The notes beneath the pieces were generated by a model. The model saw only the letters and a program-made list of their open reading frames with translations, was not told the origin of the DNA and did no database searches. Positions 49,980 through 61,300 of a stretch of DNA of 64,000 nt are shown piece by piece (position 1 is the stretch's first letter; the number at the start of each line of letters is the position of its first letter). Source of the stretch: Iphione sp. A-MEVVRFRX5 (taxonomy: Eukaryota); assembly GCA_976226885.1 (NCBI GenBank), contig OZ320321.1, positions 25,606,001 to 25,670,000 on the forward strand. Direction: 5' to 3'. The position numbers and the translations under genes were made by a program.

Positions 49980-51147
49980 TAATCCTCTCTGGCTACTTTG
50001 GGTGTTGGTGTAGATGATCTTCCCTCAACCCAGACATCTTATGTTGTATATATGTCAAACATATTCATTCAACATAACCGGATCCTGTAGCTACCACAGG
50101 AGGCATAGTAATTATAATTAACACTGCAAGTCCAATGTGTAGCAGTACTTCATCTAATTCCTACTTCTAATTTTTAGGCATGTAAATATCCCTCTCAACA
50201 GAGCTTTTGGGATAAGATGGAACTCTGTAATAACAAAAATGTTTCATCTAGAAGGGGTCTATTAGTATAATTTGATTATCAGTTCTCATACTGCTGTTGG
50301 CTTGGACGTACGAAACATGAACACTTTCCTATTTGTTTTTACCGTCACGTCATTGGCATTTGACTCGGCAGGGGAGCTCATATGAACCCCCAAAACGCCT
50401 GTTGTTATATGCTTGATGTTTATAGAAAAATACCCTTGAATAATAATGAAAGTTTCATATGATAATAGGGGTAGCTGGGTCATATCTATATGACCTTTTT
50501 ACCCAGGATTTTCAATTACACTTCATAATTTGCCACACATACACACCATAAATAAAACAAGAAAACACGTCGTCAAAATTTCAACCTTTACCAAAACAAT
50601 GGGACATTTGTGCCATATATACAACACATAATATCTTTACATAAGGTACATGCCTTCTGAAACTATCATGATAGGACAACAAAATGTGGACCTCCACTCA
50701 AAAGCATTGAAAAACGGTCACTGCGTTAGTTTGAGGTTTGAACCCTACCGCGGTGTTAGTATCAAATATCATGCAAACAGGTATATGTAGGAAATGTCCT
50801 TGAACAAGCATGATACTCAAGTATAGGTTAGCTTCCAGCAGCCATTGCTTGCATGTTACCTGGGACATAATTCAACCATTGTGGGATGAGAGAGACGAAC
50901 GCTATCTAAAACGGGAAAGTCTACTTTTTGAAAGAAGTTCATCGGGAAAGGAATTCGGGAGCAGTGGGGTCTGATTTCAGATAAGGCGACCGGGATGGAA
51001 AGAACAGAATGATCAAAAAGGGGAGAAAATGAAACAACAGAAGTAGGAACGACATCTGGTTTTCCAAGGGCGCTCAGGGGGCGTTCTTGCCACAGACCAA
51101 AGCTGTGGTCTTCCCCGATCACTGTAGTTATGGTTACTTCACACTAG

Positions 51148-51349
51148 GGGTCACCATTGAACCGTGCTAACCTTCGGGCGGTCAACATCAACCTCTGTGA
51201 TATGTGCGTGATACTGTCGGCGCGTAAAACCAACGTCGACGACGGCAATCTGGTCGACAAGGAGGCTATCCTCTGCTCGCTCAACATCAAGGCCATGAAC
51301 TTCGACGATAGTACTGGCCTCCTGGAGGCCTCGGCGCAAGGCAATGCGG
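51148..51349 (+). CDS. KCNMA1: Slo1 exon, RCK2 ([24 protein letters not shown]...[16 protein letters not shown])
   Basis: acactag acceptor; CGG|GTAAGG donor at 51350, possible GC donor at 51341. Confidence 0.96.
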
Positions 51350-51694
51350 GTAAGGACTGGACAGGAGTGTTCTTAAGCCTTAGGCAAGTTTCACATGCAG
51401 CCTGACGAAAAATCCAACCCCGTGTGTGGATGCGGCAGTACTCCCTGCTGTTTCCTGATATTGATTGCCTCCATATGGTCTGTACATGTCTCTTCAGCAT
51501 TGCATTCTATGGGAATCCCCATCCGTGTCCATTCGAAACCCATCTCCCACAGTTAGACATCCACACCCACATGCGGACACAGATATTTAAGGATGTTTGT
51601 GAATGAGTAAAATGGTGAGGCAAGGCTGGGTATAAATCCATCCACGTGTGTGGATGTGGAATGGAAAAATCAGGATGCATGTGAAAATGGCCTT

Positions 51695-52018
51695 AGGCAC
51701 AGTAAAAAATGTTTGTTTCCGGTAATCCAACCAGCCCTGATTTTTGCCCTTATGGAGTTTCTTTATAGTCTTTTTACTGTTTTGTGAGTATCTTTGGGAT
51801 GAATAATGTTAGAGACTTGCGCAGTAGACCATTTTGCTCCTTACATCACTAGCTTTCACATGATACCAGTTTCATTAAAGTGAATTACCAAATGATTTGT
51901 TGCTTCCAGTACCAATTTAACATTCAAAAGGGAGAAAAATCGAATTTAAAAATCCCACCTACCTACTGACCCTAGCATTTTCCAGCATGTTACCTGAATC
52001 AGAGATATTTTTAGGCCT
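51695..52018. mobile_element. MITE-like element, family of 6441-6772
   Basis: aggcacagtaaaaaatgtttgtttcc ... agagatatttttaggcct. Confidence 0.6.
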
Positions 52019-52481
52019 TTGTCTTTATTTCCCATTATGTAGTAGCATGTAGCATGTTTTCATGGCTGTGAAGTGCTGTGAAAAATTAATGCCATCTTCA
52101 CAGTAAAAGTAATATAAATGGTAAGGGAATCATTGTGCAGGCTTGTATCAACTTGGTAGAATAGATAAAAATCCATTGCACACATGCATTGATGACCATC
52201 AAAACTGGGCATTTTCCGAATCTCAAAACAAACTACATGCAGACATGCTTCAGGGGTACACACTCAATGAGTACTATGGAAGCAGTCTCACAGATGACCG
52301 TAGTTCCCAATGCCCACAGTGAAAATATGCTGTTACATCGATGAAAACATGCATGCATAGATATTAGACCTTAGTCTCTCGATGATCTGTTTTTAAACTG
52401 TGTATATGGGAGACAACACAATTTCCAAACACTCATGGTGCAAAAAATATGCGATTTCTGAATGAATTCTTCTTGACACAA

Positions 52482-53536
52482 AGAACAAAACTTAAATAAA
52501 ACAGAGAACACTAGTATATGGGATGCAGACTAAAAGGAAAATAGGATAAAAGCAAGGTTTTCTATATTTCCGGTGACTCAGTATCCAAAATAACTTCTTT
52601 TTTTAATGAAGTCCTATGTAAAGATCATTCGGTTAACGAGTTTGGAATGTATGTAGATTACATGTACATGAATAAAGAGCCACAAAATCGGTGATCTGTC
52701 AGTGTTAGGGCCCAACTTTCACAGCGTAGTATGGCTCTCCATGTGTCTGTGTCTCCATGCAGCATGTTTGAGTGTTTTCATGGTGGGAATAGGGGATTAT
52801 GGTTATAACCAGGATTGTCTCCATATGAGGCATGTAGCATTTTCTGTGTCTCTGTGTAGCATGTTTTTGTACCGTGCTCTGTGCTCCATGTCTCCATATT
52901 TGGAAATAGGTATAGAACTGTGAGGATGCAAGAATCCATGCTAGTTCCAATACTTTTTCTGGTGAACATAATGTGAACTCTTCATGGACCCTCACATTTG
53001 AGAAAACATGCTTCATGGTACACTGACATTTGGAGACCCAGGCTTAGTGGTGTTACATAGTCTGGTATATACGCTAGAAAATTCGATGGACAATGGGCTC
53101 AGGACCCATTACCCAGTCCTGCATATTTCCCTGCTTTTATCGACTATGATGCCGACCAGACCACACAATGAGAATAAATGACCGTGCTAGTTCTGGTGAT
53201 TCTGATGAGGTAGTATTGTCCATATACACAGAGAAAAGCAGATGAATGGGTAATGGGTGTAAGAATGAGTGGTGGTTTTTCCCGCCCCCGTCTCCCCTTT
53301 GAGTCTGGGCAGGAAAGAGTTTGTAATGGGCAAATGGAGAATGTAACCGTCCTCGTTCTTGTCCGGCTACCTGGTGAGTAGTATCTTGTGGGCATAGAAA
53401 AGGGACCTGTTTTATTTTTCATGTACCTAAAGTGGGTGAGAGCTACCGGAAATATAGAAAACCTTGCTTTTATCCTATTTTCCTTTTAGTCTGCATCCCG
53501 TATACTAGTGTTCTCTGTTTTATTTAAGTTTGGTTC
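52482..53536. mobile_element. Element or inverted pair with 93/92-bp near-perfect inverted repeats enclosing about 870 bp
   Basis: Arms 52482-52574 and 53445-53536 differ by 2 substitutions and a 1-nt indel. Confidence 0.9.
53102..53259. mobile_element. Harbinger-like MITE related to 49822, nested between the long inverted repeats
   Basis: ggacccattaccca ... gcagatgaatgggtaatgggtg|taa. Confidence 0.6.
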
Positions 53537-53638
53537 TGCCCTTCAAAGAAACCACCAATTCCATGAAGTAAGAGTCATGAATTCTCTCATGCATAATCTC
53601 CATACTGAGTGGTTATAATTTTCATTTTTCATTCCTAG

Positions 53639-53737
53639 GCTTCCTACCTCCGGGGTTCTCTCCCATGGGAAGTTCTCCCAAACAAGTTCCAGTCGGTCAT
53701 ACAAGTGGAGCAAACATACCTATGATAACAGAACTTG
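53639..53737 (+). CDS. KCNMA1: Slo1 exon, RCK2 loop (GFLPPGFSPMGSSPKQVPVGHTSGANIPMITEL)
   Basis: ttcattcctag acceptor, TTG|GTAAGT donor, 99 nt. Confidence 0.95.
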
Positions 53738-54359
53738 GTAAGTAAAATATGTTCATATAGCTTCTACCATTTTGGATATTCCTGTGCATGTCTTTAATTC
53801 TACTACAATATGTATTTCGTTTATTTCCTCACAAATATATGTTTTACCACAGAACGTTTGTGACATATTTCCAACCGTAGTTCCTTAACTTTATCCAGGA
53901 GACTCCAGTACATTGGATTTAATTTTTAAGGCATTTGAGGAATTCTTGATTAGTTAGGCAATCTTAGCAAATATTAGGCCGTGAGCACTCAGTTGTTTCG
54001 TGATATTCTTCACACAGAAGTCGTAGTTTGCCTTTTGTGTAAACCGTTATAGATGTTGGTTCGCAAGCTACGCAAGTTCAAATTACCGTTCGCGTGTGTT
54101 TTCATAGCGGTAAATTCGTCTTCGAAATTACGTGAAAGGGTGCGAGAGCAGACACTGTTAGAAGAGACACTGTTAGAAGAGCTCCTTTAAGAAAATAGGG
54201 AATATATCTAAGAATAGAACAGATCTAGCCAAGTAGCTATCGACAGTAAATGATAAATCCCTCCTAGATGCTGTCCCCGTGTTGGGATTGAAGGCAAAGG
54301 CCCAGAGTCGATGGACCTAATTCTATCGACTGATTACTATGGCGTACTTAGCGCTGTTT

Positions 54360-54375
54360 GGCCGCCTCCTGGTGG
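54360..54375 (-). promoter_or_regulatory. CTCF-like motif
   Basis: Minus strand CCACCAGGAGGCGGCC. Confidence 0.3.
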
Positions 54376-55427
54376 TTCACATAAGGGAATAACCTTCACT
54401 AAATTAACCCTTCGCACCATAGACCGTTACCAGAAAAAGAAAATCCTCTTCCTACCATCAGCTTTCTCCTTTCAGCAAATAGGAGGGTGGTATTTATAAA
54501 TCTGTCGTCTATTTTATAGACAAGTAATTCCATTTCTTCAGAAGGATGGATGTCATTCGTTAAATATATGTTCGTTTTAATAAAGATTTATCGTTAATAT
54601 ATACAGTGGACGCTGTGTTAATGACACTTCTGTTAACTACTTCGCCTCTTCCTTTTGGATGGCTTAGGATTGGAATAAACGTATTTTTTAAAATGCGGTT
54701 CGTGGAAATGAGCTAGGTGCTCTTTCAAGTTTGATATTGGATGCCTCAGACTATGATCGCAGACATATGGGTGTACCAAATGTGCGATATACAAAGATTT
54801 ATTCCCTCAGTCGTTTTATTCCATGCACCCGCAGTGACAACCCCGGAAACACATCCGTTATACCTGAAACATATGCCGTTCTGTAATATATGCTGCACAC
54901 CATGCTCTGAACAGCTTTGGCTGTTGTTTGAAATCGATTACATTCATGCATCCATATTAGTAGTGTGTGATAAATTATTCATATTATTGTGCCTTTTGGA
55001 AATGTTCAGGTTATAGGCATGCCACCTATGGGGTCAGTAGCTTGATAGTGCATTACACATGGAGGACTCAAGTTATAATGTATGAAAGATACTTGATGTG
55101 AGATACCTTCTTCGCAGAAAGGCTTTCCTTTGTAATATGTGACAATGAAAGGTATCTCCTAAGGCGACATCCTGTATTCCTGTTCACTTTGATAAAAGTA
55201 GTGTTACGTTAAATTTACGATAAGTCTGGTTTCACTTCCTGATCTTTCAACAGCATTCATACAGCTACAAACACACACACACATGTCTACCCACAGCCAT
55301 AGGTTTAACCCTAATATTCTCCTCGGTGGTCACTTCCAAAAATCGGCGTCTGATGGTTGGAGCTTTTACTGGTCGTAGCTTCAACTGTACAATTTTTTTC
55401 TGCTTGCTACTAGTCTTACACCTTTAA

Positions 55428-55706
<279 letters not shown>

Positions 55707-56965
55707 TAACGTTGTGTTGCACCTTTCCAATTGTTGTAGCGCACACATCAAGCAGGTGACTTCAATGAGAATCTCTGAAGACATTGGAGATAGAATGACA
55801 TGATTTAGCACGTATATATAGGGTGTATTTAAGCAATCATTTATGGTACGGTTAGCTACATCCTGTTAGGTGTTCTGCAAGCTATAAAGATAAATGTATG
55901 ACGCCTACACAGCTAGACGTTTAATTCCACCCGCTAACCACGTCTCTTGCATCAGCAGCGGGCGAGGGCTCAGCTAGTTCAAACATCGGTCCGTCTGTGA
56001 TACGTTATCTAACTCTTCTGGGGGGGGACGTCAATTTGTATGTAAAGACTAATGTAAGAAACGGTATGTAGGAAGCCTGCTGAAGAAGAAAAGGAGTCCA
56101 CTCTGCTGTTAGTAGACATGGTGACGCCCGACCTCCATTGGCTGGGAATGAGATTAATGTTGACAATAATCTATGCGAGTTCATACTTAAAAATCACTAT
56201 GACAGCTGGACATCAGATCGCAGCAGTTCTTTATAAAATCGTCGAGGCTATACATTAAAACCATGCTCCGAGAAGGGAGAGTCTCCTTACGCAAACAGCT
56301 CTATCTTTAACTGCATTTATCATCAGAATCAGTGTCTCATGTGTGCTAGTTCGAAGATAAAGTCCCAGTATTGCTTTGATAATTGTTGTTCGTGGAAGAT
56401 TTCGCCTTACGTAAAACAAGTTTACTTCAAACTAGTTTCCTTTACAACGAATTGCCTTAATTAATGATCTTAGATTTTTTTCTGGTCTGTCTTCATATGT
56501 ATATAGATATATGTACTAGTGGAATCGGCTGAATTCGGTTACTTAAATTGGGTAACTGTAAAGACATTCATTTGATTTACGTCATATTTTCATATGTTGC
56601 CGATATGTGGTAGAGTAGACGGTATACACGTATGTTGAGCATGAGTATATAATTTTACATATCAACATCAAGTTCAGAGCTTTCCTATTCAAAAGCTAAA
56701 TTTCCGGTGATGCGGAGTCAAACTTGCAGTCCCAGTGTAGGCCGACCTATTTTAAATCTATCTTCATTGCCTGAGTTGTGGCATTTTAAGGTAATTACGA
56801 TCAAGTATGTCTACAATCATAAGAGACGATTCCTGAGATGTAAGACGATATTATGTGAGTTACAGAGTGAACGAATGGTACTTACAGGAGCGTGAAGTTG
56901 TATTATAGTCCACTAGCTAAGGTAAGTCCCTGCTTGTTTCTCGTTGCATGCTGACATACACACAG

Positions 56966-57160
56966 ACCTACTTCAACGACAACGCATTGACGTTAATTCG
57001 GACGCTGATCACAGGGGGCGCCACACCGGAACTGGAACAGATCCTGGCCGAGGGTGTGGGCATGCGCGGTGGCTACAGCACTCCCGAGACGCTGGCCAAC
57101 AGGGACCGCTGCCGTGTCGCCCAGATCTCTCTCTACGAGGGACCTTTTGCTCAATTTGGG
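56966..57160 (+). CDS. KCNMA1: Slo1 exon, RCK2 ([25 protein letters not shown]...[20 protein letters not shown])
   Basis: cacacag acceptor, GGG|GTGAGC donor, 195 nt. Confidence 0.97.
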
Positions 57161-58136
57161 GTGAGCAGAAACGCAATTTATCGCAATAAGTTTAACAGCA
57201 GAAACGTCTTTGCCTCCTACTTTATGAATCCATCCAATTCCATTCATAATATGTTACCCCTTCACCTTCAAGGAGTTCATAGCTATAGAGATATTTATCA
57301 AAGTGGTACAGTTCCCTAGTTGAAATCCGCTGAAAATTTCACTACTGTATTCAAACTAAACATGTTGACGTATTCTCAGTCTGTTACCTCTAAAACCATT
57401 TATTCCTCATCTACCAAAGTTCTCTGCGTAATGCTAAAGTAACCATTCTATTTCTGCTTACCCTATCTCCGTCATTTGAACTATGTTATTTATGCACATA
57501 ACAATACGTGTATTACCATGTGAAAACGATACCAGGGATTCACCTTACACATTCGAATACATAAAATACTTTACACTCCTTCTTCCACACTTATATACGT
57601 AAATATGGATATTTCGTGAAGAGGTGTCCACAGAAGCAAGCGGCCATATCGATACCTTTTCTGTTCATGTTTGATATCACATTATTAAACACATACTTTT
57701 CATCAGTTCCCACACATATACACACGCACACACACACGCAGACTCACCTGGAGCGAATTTTCACGTTAAGCACCTACCCTGGAGGGGCATGTTCATTCTG
57801 AACGCATGTCGAGAAGTCCACAGCCTAACCTTCATATATATACACTTTTCTTTGGTAGAACTACCACTTCGATGCCCTAAACCAGTCGTGGGTACGAGCC
57901 ACCTTCCTTGAAATAATACAGCCAGGAGGAGCTTCTGTTGCTTTCTGTTACATTGAACGTTTCTTCTAGAAGATTATATAATATTCCAGTCATCTCTCTT
58001 CCACCATGGTGCAGGCACCCTTCGGTACCCGTCCCCTCCCCCGTAGCCACAGAAACATTCCCCCAGTTTGAAATCTTCACTAAAACCCTGGGATACACCC
58101 AACAACTTTGTCTTCGGTAAAATGTTGTGGTAATTT

Positions 58137-58330
58137 AAATTCAAATTCAAATATTTTTATTCGACATCTCTGTATAAAAGTTACAGAGGTTTTCATGGTG
58201 GAGTAGCAATGGTAATTCTGGAAGTAAAATATGTTCAGCAGAAATCAGCATTTGCATACAATAACATCCACCATGGAGCACATCAGCCGGTTAGCTGTAG
58301 GAACTAGTAGAAGGTTACTACATCGGAGTA
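58137..58330 (-). mobile_element. Probable 3' end of a non-LTR retroelement or SINE (AATAAA followed by a TTTGAA-repeat tail)
   Basis: Minus strand gaataaaaatatttgaatttgaattt. Confidence 0.35.
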
Positions 58331-61300
58331 AATTCATTCAAAGGCTGACTCAGAATCACACGTGCAAAAATATGGGTTAAAAGAGCTGCTGTGCTATGAG
58401 TACCAATCCCAGAAGTGAGCTGCTGAGATATCATGGCTTGTTACATATCAGGAAGGCCTGTATTGACAATACTCCTAGTGAGAATACTACCACAACTACT
58501 AACTTCCTCCTAGTTATAGAGAAACAAGGACTGGTCATGTTACCTAGCCACTAGGCCAACATCTTGTATGCTCATGAAGCACCCAGTCAGTACTAGGCTG
58601 TTTGTTTTTAGGGGGGGGCTCCTCAACTAGTCAATATTCAAATCACATATGTATGTGATTTTTTCCCCTACAACTGCAGCAAATAGCTGGAACATTGTTG
58701 ATTATTGTACATTTAGTGTCCGTCCCCGTAACTCAAAATGTTCAATTAGATGTATTCCAGGGTCTGGTGAAACACTCACGGACGGTTCAGTGGGTCACTT
58801 GGGTGTCTGCATGTCAGGTGACGGCCACCCCCTTCCTTTTTTTAGTCTCTAAACCACACACAGCGCTGCAACATGTCATGCAAGCACCTCTCTTTTCTCC
58901 CTTGTTCTCCAACCATAATCTATCTCTCTCTCTCCCTCGCAGTTAATCAAGTTAATCTCTTCCTCATTGCTCATCAAACCCTCCCACATATACCAGAGGA
59001 CACCTCCTTTCTACTTTTTGACTTTGCCCGTTTGTTCAATGTGAAAGGCCGGTGCGCTGTTTCATTCTAGTGGCTGCAAGTTTTGCTTCAAGAAAAAAAC
59101 ACTCCATGTCTGTCGGTCTTTCTGCTTAGGAATGATTTGACCCAAAATAAGCTATTTGTGTCGCATTTTCCTTGTAATTTCTCTTAGAGAACTTTCGAAG
59201 TACCAAGAGCTTTATTATGTTTTGTTAGTTACTTTGCCAGTGAGGGGTTGACTTTCAGGATCTTTTGCAGTTTTGGCGGTCAGTCAGTCTAATTTTCTTA
59301 CATTATTATATCTTTGTTCTTGCTCAGAGGCTCTTCTAGGCATCTAGGCATTAAAAGTCCCTATATAAAAAAAGGCTTTAAGTAATTGCTAAGAGTAGGA
59401 TTTTGTCAGATTCTGCATCTCATACATGCCCAGACTATGGCCCCCTACCATTAATTTGTCTTATGCCTGAAGTGAGGGCCTGAAGAATGCTGCTGCCATA
59501 TATTTTTTCCATGTTTCTGTTCATGGATCTAGATGTTAGGCTCATATAATCTCAAAATCGCAAAAACTAGACTTTTAAACTTTGCACAAGGTATTTCTTG
59601 CTAGGAACTCGTGATTCAGATTGATTTCAAGGGTAATAACTAAGCAACAAAGTAAATACAAAATATATGCTTACCTGACTTGTGGTTCTGTTAACTCCAC
59701 CACTAGTTAACCCAGAGCCAGAAATTAACCAGGAAATACCACCCCACAAACCATGCAGCGCAAGAACGCAATAAGACACAAGAACAATAGACCTTAAAAG
59801 TCTTTTGAAATCAATACTTACATAACAAGGTCGAGATATGTCCACAGGATAATGGCCACATACTAACTGTCATATAGGCGATTCTAACATGGGCCAATAA
59901 CATTTCTTATAGAACTATTAAACCCTTTGGCGTTCAATCTACGAAATCTTTTATCTGAAGGCGTATGGGTGTATCCTCTTTGTGTGCGTATGCGCGTGTG
60001 TATGAGCTTTTATGTGATGGTTCTATTTGGTTGTTCAGGTTCAGTCATATCGCAGGCAGTCCTGTATTTTGCATTCAATCCCGGTAAAATTACTTCATGA
60101 AGTCGCTTATAGGGGCTTCAATCCCCCCGCCCCCCTCCCACACACACACCATAGACATGATGAGTGTCACTTTTCAATCTTTTTTCTTATAGTTAAGGAC
60201 ATTGATCTTGTAAAATATACAACCACAATGTACAGGATCATGACTTGTGATATGCTTTATACAAACTAAGTCAGATACAATATTATGCCTTAAATGGTCT
60301 AATATGTCCTGAATGTTTTAAAGCCCACTACACCATTATCACTATGTGAATAAAGCCCATTCAAGCCTCAGAGCACCTGCTTGCAAGGTGTTTAAAAACA
60401 CGCTACCTGCATCCAATATATCCAATATAAAATTCTAATGTTATGAAAAGTAATTGTAAAAACAAATACATGTATTATAAATATATGCCAATATTTTCAA
60501 ATCTAACTAAAGAATGTTATTAAGGTTTAGCTATGGGGCAAGGTTTAACCTCTGCGAAACCCATGGATGAAGTATACATGTGTTTGTATATCTTTCGAGC
60601 AGAACTGATTGTGAATTGCCACATTTAATGGACATCAATCATCAATGCTTATGATGCTTCAGTTAAAATGAGGCATGCTATAAAAAATAAAGGTGACTCT
60701 ACGCTCTACGGAGAGGTATTAACAAATATCCTTACCAGATAGAATTTAGACTACTGCTCTGTGATTGAGATCAGAGATGACAGAATCAGTTCAAAGAGTA
60801 GTAATGCGTAAACTCTGAATACACATGTATATGCAATTGACATCACATGCATCTGCTTATGTGGGTACAGCTGCAACCTTTAATACTTCACATGCAAAGC
60901 TACAAACAAAACTACTTCTTTGGATAGTCTACATGTCATATGATAGGGTGTTCTGGAGGTCTTATCTGCTGTAGGGGAGTATATGACCAAGCCATCCGCG
61001 AAGTTGTCAGTACACTTTGCAGAAAAAAAATTGCCATCGCTTAAGATGAATCTACTTGACCGTAGAACTCGTTCGTCACACCTGGTCATGTTACCTCACC
61101 TGTCGAAAATTGGCATCCATCCACTAGAAATTGACGTCTGTCCTTCGGGTACTGCGCACTGCGCTCGTAACCTCTGGCGTCACGGGCGATAATGACGTAA
61201 TTAGATGAACGCAAAGAATTTAGGTAATACGAGGGAAATTGCAGCAGGGCTCTTGCATCTTAAGAAGACGTCCGAACAACAGCCTGAAGTAGCAGTGAAT

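Noticed and set aside
50856-51122. 88-aa minus-strand ORF next to an RCK2 exon
   Set aside because: No domain; explicable by chance.
54835-54882. 48-nt phase 1-1 segment at the position of the vertebrate 27-aa insert before the Ca bowl
   Set aside because: Its last T joined to GA of exon 55519 makes TGA; weak donor; no similarity to the insert.
58761-58817. 57-nt segment with CAG|GTGACG donor
   Set aside because: In-phase peptide GLVKHSRTVQWVTWVSACQ would interrupt a folded RCK2 region; modest acceptor; no other support.
60975-61192. ORF after ctgctgtag, considered as the next or terminal Slo1 exon
   Set aside because: Phase-0 entry reads GGG AGT ATA TGA (stop); no GDLF/GIYRL motif. The next constitutive exon was not found before 64000.
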